Source: the human T2T-CHM13v2.0 reference genome, Homo sapiens. Taken from it: a DNA stretch of 64,000 bases. The stretch lies in assembly GCF_009914755.1 (NCBI RefSeq), contig NC_060926.1; one strand, written 5' to 3'. The notes beneath the pieces are model-generated. The model had not been told where the DNA came from and did no database searches. It saw only the letters and a program-made list of their open reading frames with translations. This document shows positions 51,370 to 64,000 of this stretch, piece after piece. Positions within the stretch are counted from its first letter, which is position 1, and each line of letters opens with the position of its first letter. A program made the position numbers and the translations under genes.

Positions 51370-52635
51370 AGTTTTTAAAATGTTAAATATAATACAAATA
51401 TAGAAGAGTGCATAAAATAAGTACACAAATTAGCAAGTTGTTATAATGTAAACACCATGTTAAAAATAATCCAAATCAAGAGATTTACCAGCACCCAAAG
51501 TTCCTCTCATGCTCCTTCTGTTTTTATAACTACGGTTTGTCTCTATTGCTGTGTAATAGTCCATTCTACCAGAGATCAGCAAACCATGGCCTGGGAGTCA
51601 AGTTCAGCTCACCACATGTTTTTGAAAACAAAGTCTTGTTAGGACACAGACATAATTTTTTATTTAAAAATTATTTATAGCTTTTTTTTTTTTTTTGCTA
51701 AAATGACCAAGTTGAGTACTTGTGACAGAAAACATACGGCTCAGAAAGCCAAAAGTATTTATTATCTAGTCCTTTCAGAAAAAAAATTGTCACTCTCCTC
51801 TTTATATGATTATATGGTAATATTTTATCCATTCTAATGTTGTTAAAGATGCAGATTATTATTAACTTCTGATAGTTCATTAAATGCTACTAAAATAATT
51901 CATCTTCACTTCTCTTGGATCACATATCTGTGTCTCTGTAGCGGTATATTTAGGAAAGGAATGACTGGGTTTTTGGTACACTTACCATCAATATTATGAG
52001 ACAACGCAAACAGTTTTCCAAAGTCATCATATCATATATACATATATATATGTATTGCATTTCCACTATGAGTGTGTTAGAGTGAACTTTATTCTACATC
52101 CTTGGTAACACTTGATATTATTGAATCTTTTAATTTTAGCCATTTTGATGAGTGTGTAGTTTTAATTTCATTTTCCGGTTGGCTAATGAGATTGGTTATT
52201 TTTTTATATGTTTATTGGCCATTTAGACATTCTGTTTTGTAAGTCCATATTCAAATTGTGTGTTTGCTTTTCATCTAGGTTCCCCTTTTACTTCTAAATT
52301 TTGAGAGTACAAATTACCTGATAGTGTGTCAAATTTTTCCCCACTGCTATATAACGTCATATTTGTAAACAAACAAACAAACACCTCAACAAATACAAAT
52401 TCATGGGTCCATTTCTAGGGCTCTGTAGCTTGTTTCAATAGTATTCTGTCCTAAGTCCTGATACCCAGAGAAGCAAGTCCTCCTGATTTGTTCTTCAAAA
52501 ATATCTTGGATGTTCTTGAACCTTTATCTTTCCATATTAATTTTACAATTAGCTTTTCAGTTTACACATGCATACACACACATGCACACACCCTGTTATG
52601 ATTTTTAATGTGGATTAACTTTATAGGTCAATTTG
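51370..52635 (-). mobile_element. Degraded L1ME-like 3' fragment containing a MER58
   Basis: ttttagccattttgatgagtgtgtag...atatgtttattggccattt; ttccatattaattttacaattagctt. Confidence 0.65.
51570..51800. mobile_element. MER58A-like hAT-Charlie MITE
   Basis: cagagatcagcaaaccatggcc...aaagccaaaagtatttattatctagtcctttcagaaaaa. Confidence 0.8.
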
Positions 52636-55489
52636 AAAGTTTTCAAAAAATATTTTTGCTTTGGCTTCCAGGAAACTCTGAAAAAGATTTTGATTAATCT
52701 GCATATTTGTTGGAACTTTCTATGTCCTTGACCTTTTATTCCACTGTTTCATGTTTCCTAAGAATTGCCTGAAATTATGTGTGGAGGGAAGCAAGGCATA
52801 TTAACAATTTACAATTGGAGCAGGAGCAGGAGGATGTGGTGTAACTCAGTACCATCAATGTCTATCTGATTAGGACTATAGTCTTAAAACCTGTGTTACT
52901 TTAAAAATACAGATATAATTTTTAGATCCAAAGCATGAAGATATTAATGCTGGCAGGCCTGAAATTTGACTGACTTATCAATATTTTTAAAAATCTTAGC
53001 AGGTGTTTCTAATAGATAAGTCTAGGTTGAGCATTGCTGGGTTAGGATGTTGTATAGAGAGCAGGGCCTCTTGAAATGCTGATAGCAGCATCCTCTCTGG
53101 CCTTGAACAATACATCAAGACTTGTGTTTGGAGTCAAAGTTACTTAATTTTCAAATAAATGAATTATGAGTATATACGCCTAAATCTTTGTGTACTATCA
53201 TAAAATTCTGCCACCCTATGAAGATGGATTGATGTGAACATGGCAGTTGGGACTTGTCTCCTCTTATTTTTATTTTTTTGTGCATGAATATAGTCCTAAC
53301 AAATAAATCCCATCCTTGGTGAACAATTTAATGGTTATGTTTCTGTTCTCACTGAACAAACACAGAAGAAATATGCCAGACTAAATTAATGAAGTGAAAA
53401 CGATATATTCAGTAATCCCATACATTTTCTAATATAGACTAAAAACCTATTTTCTTCCATCTTATCTTCAGACATAATGGTATGAGGAAAAAAACAATTC
53501 AAAGAGGAAGTCTTTAAGGCAATTTCTACATGAAGTAACATTTGTTGGGTTCATGTGTCACATAACAGGCATTCCACCTTTTACAATTCAATCCCTTTAA
53601 GCGGCTTATGAATTAGGCAGCTATTTCTATTGAAAAAATGAAGATAATAAAATCAGAAAACTTAAATAAATAAAAAGTTACATTCAGTGAATGAATAGGA
53701 GTAGAGTCTGGATTTGAATCTTGCTTTTGGCTTTTGTGTGTGACCACATGTCACATTCTTTCCACCACCCACAGAGACAAAGCGACATTCACATTGAAGG
53801 TGTAAGAGATGGCAATGAATCCATGACCTCAGAGAATCACTTCACTGCTGCATGAAATGGATAATAATTATTTCTTCTCCTTTCGCTGGATGTTGTGGCT
53901 TAATTCACATTTGTAAGATGTTATGGATAAAATCACTGCAATCGCTAACAGGCATTTATGTCCCACAGTCTCTTTGGGCTTCTTGCCTTTTATCTTCCAG
54001 CATGCCATAGCGATGGTGCTCGCTGGATTTATGAACACCGTGACTGTCTGTTTGGAACACTGAGATGTGAAATTGCCTCCACATTGAACAAGATTTGGCT
54101 CTTGGTGGTAGGAGGGTTGTGAATAAAGTGAGCACTGGTGGTACAGAGGAGGACATGCTGCAACATTATTTTCAGTAATAATCCTTTAGTTACCAGGAAT
54201 GATCATTTTTTCTGATTCATTGTTTAGTTTGAAAACAATTAACAACTAAAAATATCATACATTTAAAGATAATATTTAAGTAAAATATTTGCATGTAGAA
54301 TAAAGGTTTTTACTTACCAAATAAAAATACTACACCTTGAAGTTTGCATTCTGCTTTACTGTTTTACATTTTAGACAGAAATTAACATTTGAAGTGGTCA
54401 CAAAGAATGATAGAATGAAAGTCACTCATATTCTGTTTGTTCTTCTTTACAGTTAAGACATTATCTGGTTTATTTTGACTGCTGTTTAGACATGAGAATA
54501 ATGTGGTCCTACAGGCTCTGAAGACATGAACTATAATGCACTGTCCTCTAAGTGAGCTCAAATGATTCTAACTCCTTACCAACTGACCCTCCAAACAAAC
54601 ACCTGTAGCTGAGTCTGTATTTGTCAGGGGCCAACAGTATGACTGGGAGTTCTTAAAGTAATTTGCATGTGGAACATAATGTTTATTATAGGATAGGTCA
54701 TAAAAATGTGCTCATTTGACACAGAGAAATGTAATATCAGATCTCAATAGCAGTTAAAACACTCCCTAGAAGCTAGACCAAAAAAAGATTTTTTGAGGAG
54801 AAATATTTTTCTTTGACATTGTTTATAATTGGTGAAGCACAGCAATGACAAGTAGCTGAATTTCAGTTCAGTGTTTCCTTTTTTAATTATCTACAGACAA
54901 TGAACATCCTTGCTGTCTGCATGTGGGATGGATCACTTCACCCTGTAGCCTAACAGCACTTTTTCTGTGACTGTTATCACAATCCAAGAGACCTTGGAGA
55001 AAAGCTGCTTTCTTACATAAAACACTTTCAAAGAAACTGAGCAAAGATGCTAAGTGTGCATGGCACATGGCAAGGGTGAGCACAAATGGATTCAGGCTTC
55101 CTTGGAAAATCAAGAGGATAGAGTGTGTTGACCAAAATATCTGTGAATGGATATAGGGCTAGAGGAGTCTGGTGGGGTCATGTGTTGCAAAAGAAGGGGA
55201 GGTGCCCATTCTGAAATGAAAAAAGTTAAGTGAAAAGTCTACTTATATGTGATTCAGGGACAGAGGGAATAACTGAAAACCCTCCCTCTCCACGGAGGCT
55301 CTGGGCTAAGTCAGCTGAGTGTTGTGAGTCATGAAAGCCGAGATTTGGAGAGTCCAGTGTAAGAAAGCACAGGGCATGAATGCCACAAGCACATTCAGTG
55401 GGGGAAGCCAGGTAGACACTGAAGTCAGGGCATTCAGGGGGATGCCAGCAGAGAGACGTGGATTAGGAAAATGATCATAAGATAAAGTC

Positions 55490-55700
55490 TTAAGCAGAGC
55501 TTGAATTCAAGCTCTGCCATTTATTAGCTATATCCTTTTGGCCAGTTTACTTAACCTCTCTGACCATTAACATCTTCAGTTGCAAAATGGAGTAATGACA
55601 TCTAGTGTTTCTGGGATTGTTGCAAATATAAAAGAATAATATATGCAAACCTCTTGCCATGTTGAAGGTATCTAGGAAATGTTCCCTATCTAGCTGTGGC
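55490..55700 (+). mobile_element. MIR SINE
   Basis: ttgaattcaagctctgccatttattagcta...ttacttaacctctctga...gcaaaatggagtaat. Confidence 0.75.
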
Positions 55701-56479
55701 AGTAATAAAAATAAGCATGCAAAGCCACAGCCAGACCTACAGGAGGAGCCCAGAGCTATGATGGCAGACTTGGGAGAAGCTGGAAGCCAATAGAGAGGGG
55801 CCCCTGAATGACTCTTGTTGTTGAAAACCTAGGACCAAAGTCAGGAGAATAGATTTCAGCTCTTTCCTTGCCACTGGCTGGCTGTGTGACAGATGGTTTG
55901 CTAGTTGTCTTTCCTGGGCCTCCTTTAGTTTCTTCTAGAGCAAGGTTATTGTTATTGGGTCACTTTGTACCAGTCATTTTATCACCAGGAATATTTTGGT
56001 CCCGATAATATGAATGATAATTGTCCCCATGTTTAAGCTATGATGTTAAAAACATGCTACCTCTTTTTGGTCTGTTTGCCTACCTCCATGCCCAATCCTT
56101 ACCACACCTGACCCTATGCTGTCCTCACTCCCACTGCACCCCAGAGCCTTGCTTACCCTTCCACCCAGGTAAGGTGCAAAGATTCCATGGAACTGTGTTT
56201 CGGGCCCAGTAGTTAGTAACAAGGGAAAGAAAATGTATCAAAGATTCATTCCCTAGATGGTTGTGTTGTTGAGGTGGGAGAATCGGACTTCCTCTGGGTA
56301 GATAGCCGTCAGGGATAAAGAAAGCTCAGGGACATGTTTAGGATGCTCACTGCAAAAATTATCTAATAATAAAAAAATTCACACATAAAAATAATGGTTT
56401 TTAGAGTCCCAAAATGGTGGAGTTTTTATTTCCCTGGTTTTCTTTAAAAAGGCACATTTTTATTTTCTATCTGTCCATT

Positions 56480-57780
56480 TAGTCATTCATGTATTTAACA
56501 AATATTTATTTAGTTCTTCTTATGCCCTTGGTGCTGTTTTAGGTGTTGGGGATAAAACAAGAAATCAACAGTGGATACAACAATAAACAAAGAGATAACT
56601 ACCTATAGCATATCACAGGTATTCCAAAAGCAATAAACAAACCAGGATAAATAGTTATTGACGTGATGGTAAAGCTGCGTATCTCCAAATTTCAGTGGCT
56701 CATAGCAGCAAACATTGTTTTCTCTTGCACAGTGGCTTGTGCTTGGCTGGAGTGAGTGACCTCAGGCTGCTTTCACACTGAGTTCTGCTCCACTGTGCTT
56801 ATCCTCCTTATATTAGCAGCCACCGGTGCTGCTAGTAAATGTTCTCTTCTTGTAGCATGATAGGAACACAAGGGGGTGAAGGGAAAGTCATATGGCTTCT
56901 TAGGCTTCAACAAGAAATTGCAAAATTCTATCTGAGGCCCACAGTCTAGTAGACAATTCATGCCACGTGGATAAGCCCAAGATCAATTGGGATGTGAGGG
57001 GTACAGTCAGTTCATAGTGGGTGGTACTGCAATGTCATATGGCAAAGTCATAAATGCGTTATTCTATTAAGGGAAGGAGTAAAGAACTGAAGACAACAGT
57101 GCAATCTACCACACAGGGAAAGGATGATGAGGAATGTCAGGGTAAGGGGGGGTGGCATTTTGTATACAGTGGTCAGAGAAAGCCTTCACCATAGATGACA
57201 TATGACCAGAGACCTTGAGGAGGTGAGCTGGGTAAGTAATTGGAAGGAGAGTATTACAACAGAGAAAAGAGCTAGTGCAGGGGTTTGCTTGAGAGGTCAA
57301 TGGGGCCGAAGCAGTATCTGAGCTGGAAAGATGGAGGAGGTAAAGTCCAAGGTATATTAGGGGAGGAGCATGTGTGATAGGGGGCTGAAGCAGGTAATAT
57401 AAGCCCTTATACAGGTTTCAGTCTTTACTCTGAATAAGGTGAGAAGATATTGGGGGACTTTGATCAGAAAAAAGATGTGAATTGATAAGTGGTAACAATA
57501 TAACTGATGGCTGTATTGAGAGTGCATGCAGAGAGACCAAGGTGGAAGGAAGCAGTACACTTACAAGTTTATTGCATTGATCCCTATATGGACTGATGAT
57601 AGCTTGGTCTACGGTGGTGAGAAATGATAAGGCTCTGGATATATTTTGGAGGTGGTGATGATAAGATTTCAAGGTGTATCAGATGTAGGATATGAGAGAC
57701 AGAAAGGAGTCAAAGGTGATTTCCAAATGTTTGGTTTGAGACTGGAAAGGTGCATTGCCAAAAAATAAGGTCAGGAATAT
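56480..57780 (-). mobile_element. L2 fragment interrupted by an old MLT1 LTR (~56650-57113)
   Basis: L2 3' end cattcatgtatttaacaaatatttatt; ggtcagagaaagcctt; atatattttggaggt...ggagtcaaaggtgatttcc. MLT1-like ccaaatttcagtggct ... gcaatctaccaca. Confidence 0.7.
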
Positions 57781-59286
57781 TGTCAGCCACGATATTTAGA
57801 AAATCTGATTCTCATTGGTGAGGATAGGAATCTTTCTTCCCCTGCTCTGCAATGCTGAGAAGTCTTTATGAAAACAACGCAAGTACCACAATAAAATACT
57901 ATTCAGGTTTTTATATGTTCCACTTAAACCAAACCACTGTATCATATAAGCTAGAATTATGTCCACATTAATTTTTGTTGTACTTTGATTTTAAAAGTCA
58001 TGGGAAATGGATCCTAGAAATAAATAATTCATGGAAACTACATTATTAAGTTAATTCTAACCAATAGCATGTCATTAAGATACAAATGTGAAAACAGTTC
58101 AATTTTGTTTTTTAATTAACTCTTCAGAAGTAATAGCCGACAATTGTCCTTGATCAGGTCAAATGCTGTTTTTAAATGCCTGACAGTTTTTAAGTCTTTA
58201 ATGGAAATCAATGGCCCAACTTCCTGAAATGTATTAATTACATTTATCTTTCTAGGCAATTTTTAATAAGGACCAGGACTTAAAAATAACTTCCAAACAT
58301 TCTCTGGCTAAAGTCTATTTTTTTCTTAATAAATTCACAGTGGGCATTTACTATTCTGGTATCTTCCCCACAATATCCAAACTTTGTTCACTAATTCCTT
58401 TTCCTTTTCTCTCTACGTCCATATACCACTTTATCTTTCAAGCATCAGCATAAATCCCATTTCCTACATTCAGTGACCCTGCCTCCAACTCACACTGATC
58501 TCATATACTTCAATGTGATATTTTATATGGAAGTCATTGTTTTTTGCATAAGATTGCAAAGTGATTTGGAAAAAAAAACCAAAAACCTTGGTAAGCAACC
58601 ATTCAACAAATACTGCATTTTTGTTTTTCATTTCTCATTTTGTATCCCTTTTTATACTGATTCTCGGCAGGAGTATCCAAGAGTGGAAACATGCAAGGTT
58701 TCAGAATCTTTTGCAACTTAATTAGGCTCTCCGTGGAATATTCTGAATCCCTGGACCATTGGAGCAGCTGAACCTGGAATTTGGAGGAAAGATGGGACTG
58801 GGAGGCAGCGAGTGGGGATGAGGGAGCAGCCTGTGTCCCCTTCATTTGATGTGGTCCTGGCATGCTATATAAAAGGAGTGGGGATTGAGGCGTCAGCTGT
58901 TTTGCTGGTGTCCATGGCATCATTTACTGGATGAAACTTGCAGGACGCTGAGGTTTGGACAGGGAATGGCTGAGCCAAAACTGAATCTTCCTTGCTAATC
59001 GCTGTGCACAGAGAGGATAAATACAAATGGATGCACCCCAAGAGGCAGTCACTGTCATTGAACAAAGGGAAATTAGTTAATTATTGCTATAGTCCATGAA
59101 GGAGGGATCTGTCTGTCCTCTTTCCAATCCTCTCCTCACAACAGTGGTAGTAGTAGGAGGAGGTGAGATGTGGAAAAGCAGACCCCACCTCCCCTCCATG
59201 CCAGGCTGCATGAGCTGCAAGGCTAGTCATATCTGGAAGTTTTAAATTGAAAATAAAATTAAAGTTAGTAAGTGAACAACAGTGAG

Positions 59287-59623
<337 letters not shown>

Positions 59624-62600
59624 TCAGGATGAGATTGTGTTAAGGGAACCCACCACCCAGTGAGAAATGATTTGACCAAAGGCAGATAGTGGTATCTGTC
59701 AGGACAAATAAAAGCATCTCATGCTTATAGCCCAATAAGTTAAATTTTCTCATTAAATTGGTGATTTTCTGAAGCTAGTTTCCTTCTTTAGAAAAAAAAG
59801 CAATAATAACAATCTGTTATTATTACTATGATCCACTGGCTGGTAATCATGAGCTGGACGTGCTGACTCTCTATACCTAGCAGTCTCAAGGGCACCTGTG
59901 AGCGGTAAAATGGCTTTCATCCATCTCACAACACTTGAACTGTGCACATGTTTAGCGAACAAATGTTTACTTCTCACACTTTGTTTTTATCTGTAGTATT
60001 CCTGTAAGCTGTGAACAGGAATTCCTGTAGGTGTGAACACTCCAAGGTGCCATACACTTAGTTTGACATCAAAGGAAAACTACTCTTATCTTTCCCCTTG
60101 TGGTCTTTGTTCTGCACTGTTTGTCTCAACACCACATACTTCCCTCTTATACCGCCAATGCTCCCAACTTTCTCAATCATTATTCATCCTTAAATTTCAG
60201 GCTTTGGTGTTCCTTTCCGCTTGACACAGATTTCCTGCATAAAACCTTGGCTTCTCTTCAATCACCATACAGGTTTTCTGGTAGTCTTACACTGCTGTAG
60301 GTAAATATTATTCAGTTCTATCCAACAAAGTACACCCACCAGTTCTGTTCAGGTTTGTTAGAAGTCAATTGGTTATGAGTGATTTTTCTATACAGTCATA
60401 TGTACCAAATTCTCTCTTATGCATTGCTGAGAAGTATTATAGTCTCAATACTCACACTGAAAAAGTTGCTTGCTACTTCTCATCTGCCTGTGATTACATG
60501 AAAAAGCTTTGCATGTAGGTCAGAAACAGGGAAACATAAGGAGCCAACACTCATTTCTAACATTAATGGAATGGAGAATAAGGACATTCAGTTTAGTTGT
60601 AAATAAATTAAAAGAAAATAATTTAAAAAGCTATTGTCTTCAGCATTTAAAGTTTTCTCAACACTTGCTCAGCAATGCTATTATTTCTCAGATTCTGAAA
60701 TGGCTACCCTCTTATCATTTTAATGTAAGTGACTTTCTGTATTTCTTTCTCTCTTTTTAAGTAGTTATTCTTCAGGAATGAACATCAGGATGCAAAGAAC
60801 AATTCACCACCTAATCAGTCATTTATGGCAGAAACTGAATCAAAATGATTAGACTTAGTGACTCTGAGTGTATACTTTGATTATTGCTTTTTCAATTTGA
60901 CCTACTGAAGAGAACATTATTTTATGCCTGAATTTACTTTGCTCTACTTTTTTAGTTAAAGTCTTATAAATTAAAAAAGGCATTTAATAGAAATAAAATA
61001 TAGTTATATTGGCACGAGGGAGATTTTCCATATAAATCGATGGAAAGAAATTGAATCAACACTTACAAACAACATTGTTTTGGTTATTTAGGATTACGTT
61101 TACCCACTGGGCTAGCAAGTAGATGACATTTTGCCTCATATTTGATATTCGACTAATTCTTTTTTCAGTGTGGAATGAGGCAGGTAAAATGTGCTTAAGA
61201 TGTTCTAAGAAGTCACAAGGTAGGTAAAAAATTGTGATCTTTGAAATTGGCCAAATCTGTATTTGGGTTCACATTTCATCACTCAATTGTTGAGTGTCTT
61301 TCTTGACCATCTTGTTGGACCACTCTGAGTTTCACTCTTGCTGTTGAACTGAGGCTAATAAACCCTTCTCCTCAATAGACATTGTCTACAAGGTGAGCAG
61401 TCAAAGGCATTTATATGCTATGCAATGATTTGAAGCACACTTTCAAATATATGGTTCAAAACAAACTCACGATGTATATATTATATTTTGTCATCACTCT
61501 TTTGAGCTGATTTGATGAGAGGCATTTTAATGTAGCCAAAATAAACAAGCCATTGAACATTAACCTTGATGGACGATGCAACTCAAACTAAAAGTTCCTT
61601 GAGAAGTAACTGATCTGCTCAAGGTCACACACTAATCAGGACAGAGGCAAGGCCTGACTCTTGGTCTCATGAGCTAATATTTATTTATGTTGACCATGCA
61701 AGCTATATCCAAAAATAGTACAGAATTTTAGAGAATTTTAAACTCTGTCATAGATGGATGTTTGATTAATCGAGCGGACTGTTTTTGTTTAATGGAAACA
61801 ATTAAAATTATCTTTCTAAAATAATATATTGAAACTGACTCACAATACTAAGTTATATGAGTAGAATGACATCTGTTATAGCCACATTCTATTTATTATC
61901 TTTAATATATTATTTTAATATACTTGACATTTTATTTACTCTTTAAGTAATAAATATCAAATAAGAGCAATAAATAAAGCTGATTTATAAATTACTGTTC
62001 TTCTATATGAGTTAAGATGCAGTAGAATATACCCTCTTGAGATTACTAGACTGGGTTTTAGTATAAAACATGAGTGCAATTTGCCCACATAGATAGGTTA
62101 TGGGAAGATAGTTTTGAAACTCAGGAAGAGTCACTCTGAAGAATTGAGACTGGAGTTCTGCCAAGAGATGTGCAAGTCAAATGGAATTCTGCAACTCCAG
62201 AGAGGGAGAGAGAGAGTAGAGGCTTGGAAGGAGGAAGAGACAAAGTTTTCAGTTCTCACTAGGCACAGTTGAAATTTCTACTCTGTGTTTTCTTGAAATT
62301 TAAGTGACTCTTTCCAATCGACTCTTATGTAAGTCAGTCTGAATCACTTTTGGTCTTTGCAACCAAAGGATGTATTAAAACCATCTTTTGCTTGTCAGTT
62401 AAACATATGGCTGTTGTTTAAATGTAAGAATGGAGAGAAAAGGTGCCATGTAATTCAGGAGTCTCTTCATCTTTGTCACAGAGCCTTGAACTATCTTCCC
62501 AATAAATATTTGATTTGAATCTTCAGCACTGAGGGGAAGTGTCTTCTGAAATAATACAGGCTAAATTGTTATGTAGCAGCCATCTATACAAAGCAAATTT

Positions 62601-64000
62601 TTGTAATATACAAAAGAGGGGATTTTGCTATTATATCAGTTGGCAAGAATCATTATCGTGATTGGAAATAAATAGATACAGAGAGAAAAGAATGAGATTT
62701 AAAAAAAAAATTCAGCTTCAAGGAAATTGGATTTTCTGTTGAGTATGGAATCGAGACTTTGGAAACTAAAAGGCTAGAAAAAGATTGCTTTATTAAGAAA
62801 AGTAAAAATACATTTTTTTCATTTGAAAAATGCCTACTAGACAATAAAACATCTGGCTAAAAAATGAAATCTTCAGTGACACATCTGGATATTTGCTCCA
62901 TAAGATATCAAACATGAGGATAATTGAAAATATAGAGCTAAATTACTTAAATGTTAAGCTCCCATCCAGATGTTTGATGCTATGTTAGATGAAAAAACTC
63001 TTTACATGCCAGACATTAAAGCAATCAGGGATATCTAAATGCCACCATAAATAAAATAGCATTGCAAATATGGTTCACTGGAAAGAATGTATTAACTGAT
63101 AATTACAGACTACACAAGAAATTTGCTTCTTAGTTAAAAGTTTTTTTAATTTTTTTATTTTATTTTATTTTTTTCCTTCTGATCAGTAGTAACTAATAAA
63201 ACATGGAAACACGAAATAGACATCCGTAGACGACAACTGGTCAGGCTTATTGACAAACAAGTGGATTTCATTTCCAAACTATTTTTTTACTATATATAGA
63301 AATATCAATGAGTTAGAGGTTTTGGCTCCTAATTAGAGAATATAAAACTTGATTTTTGGAAATGCATTGGAGAAATAGGACAAAATTTTGAATTTCAATT
63401 CTTTGGCAATATTTATAAGGAATAAAATCCAAAATAGATGAAACTGATATAATTTAGCTTCAAGAAGTACCAGATGACAACTGAAGTTGGCTCACAAATT
63501 ATAATCTATGGGAGAATGGGAAGCAGTGAGAGTTAAACAGTCAAGGACAGCATCAGTCGTTTGGCTGACACTGCAGATTTATACAGACACAGTTTTAAAT
63601 CCAGGCAGATCTGTTAGTGCAGAGAAGAAAGCACTGTATCTCTTATGTGGTTCAGGCAGGAAGCAAGGGTTATAATCTAGGGAGTCAGAAAAGTTAAAGA
63701 GTGCCACCAAGTTATGCGAGTGGACAGAGTTGAATGTTGCCTCAAGGACAAAAAAACAATATCTTCTCTGTTCTACTTTTTAAAATGGACTTTTAACATT
63801 TAGGCCACATTAAAATTTTTGCAATCAAGACAGATTCATCAGGATGTTGGTAACAAATTCTAATACATCTATTATAAGTGTCTACTCAAAATGAAGATAA
63901 ATATTTTAAATTCCATTTATGTAAGAGGAAAACAGGGGCTCAGAGAATTACCATGACACATCCAAGAGTAACACTCTGTCATGAGGAAGCAGAGTATGAC

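Overview
AT-rich, CpG-depleted primate (almost certainly human, since it carries an AluYa5) non-coding DNA, either intergenic or deep intronic. No protein-coding gene, structural RNA gene, CpG island or CRISPR array is supportable, and the supplied ORFs are Alu, L1, microsatellite or chance ORFs. The window is dominated by retroelement fossils: a near-full-length old L1 at ~5.9-13 kb, two convergent 3'-truncated L1s at ~38.2-46.4 kb, 11 Alus, MaLR and ERV1 LTRs, MIR/L2 fragments, a piggyBac MITE (MER75) and hAT MITEs. I did not find a new gene system. The most notable structure is a very recent 363-bp templated duplication-plus-inversion insertion at 39830-40192, with 3-4 bp microhomology at all three junctions (FoSTeS/MMBIR signature), inside an ancient L1. 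Other highlights are a ~900-bp polypurine tract grown from an A-rich L1 ORF2 site, a four-level nested TE stack, a perfect 32-bp palindrome and a 3x32-bp repeat across an LTR terminus. Subfamily names come from my recall of consensus sequences and need RepeatMasker/Dfam confirmation.
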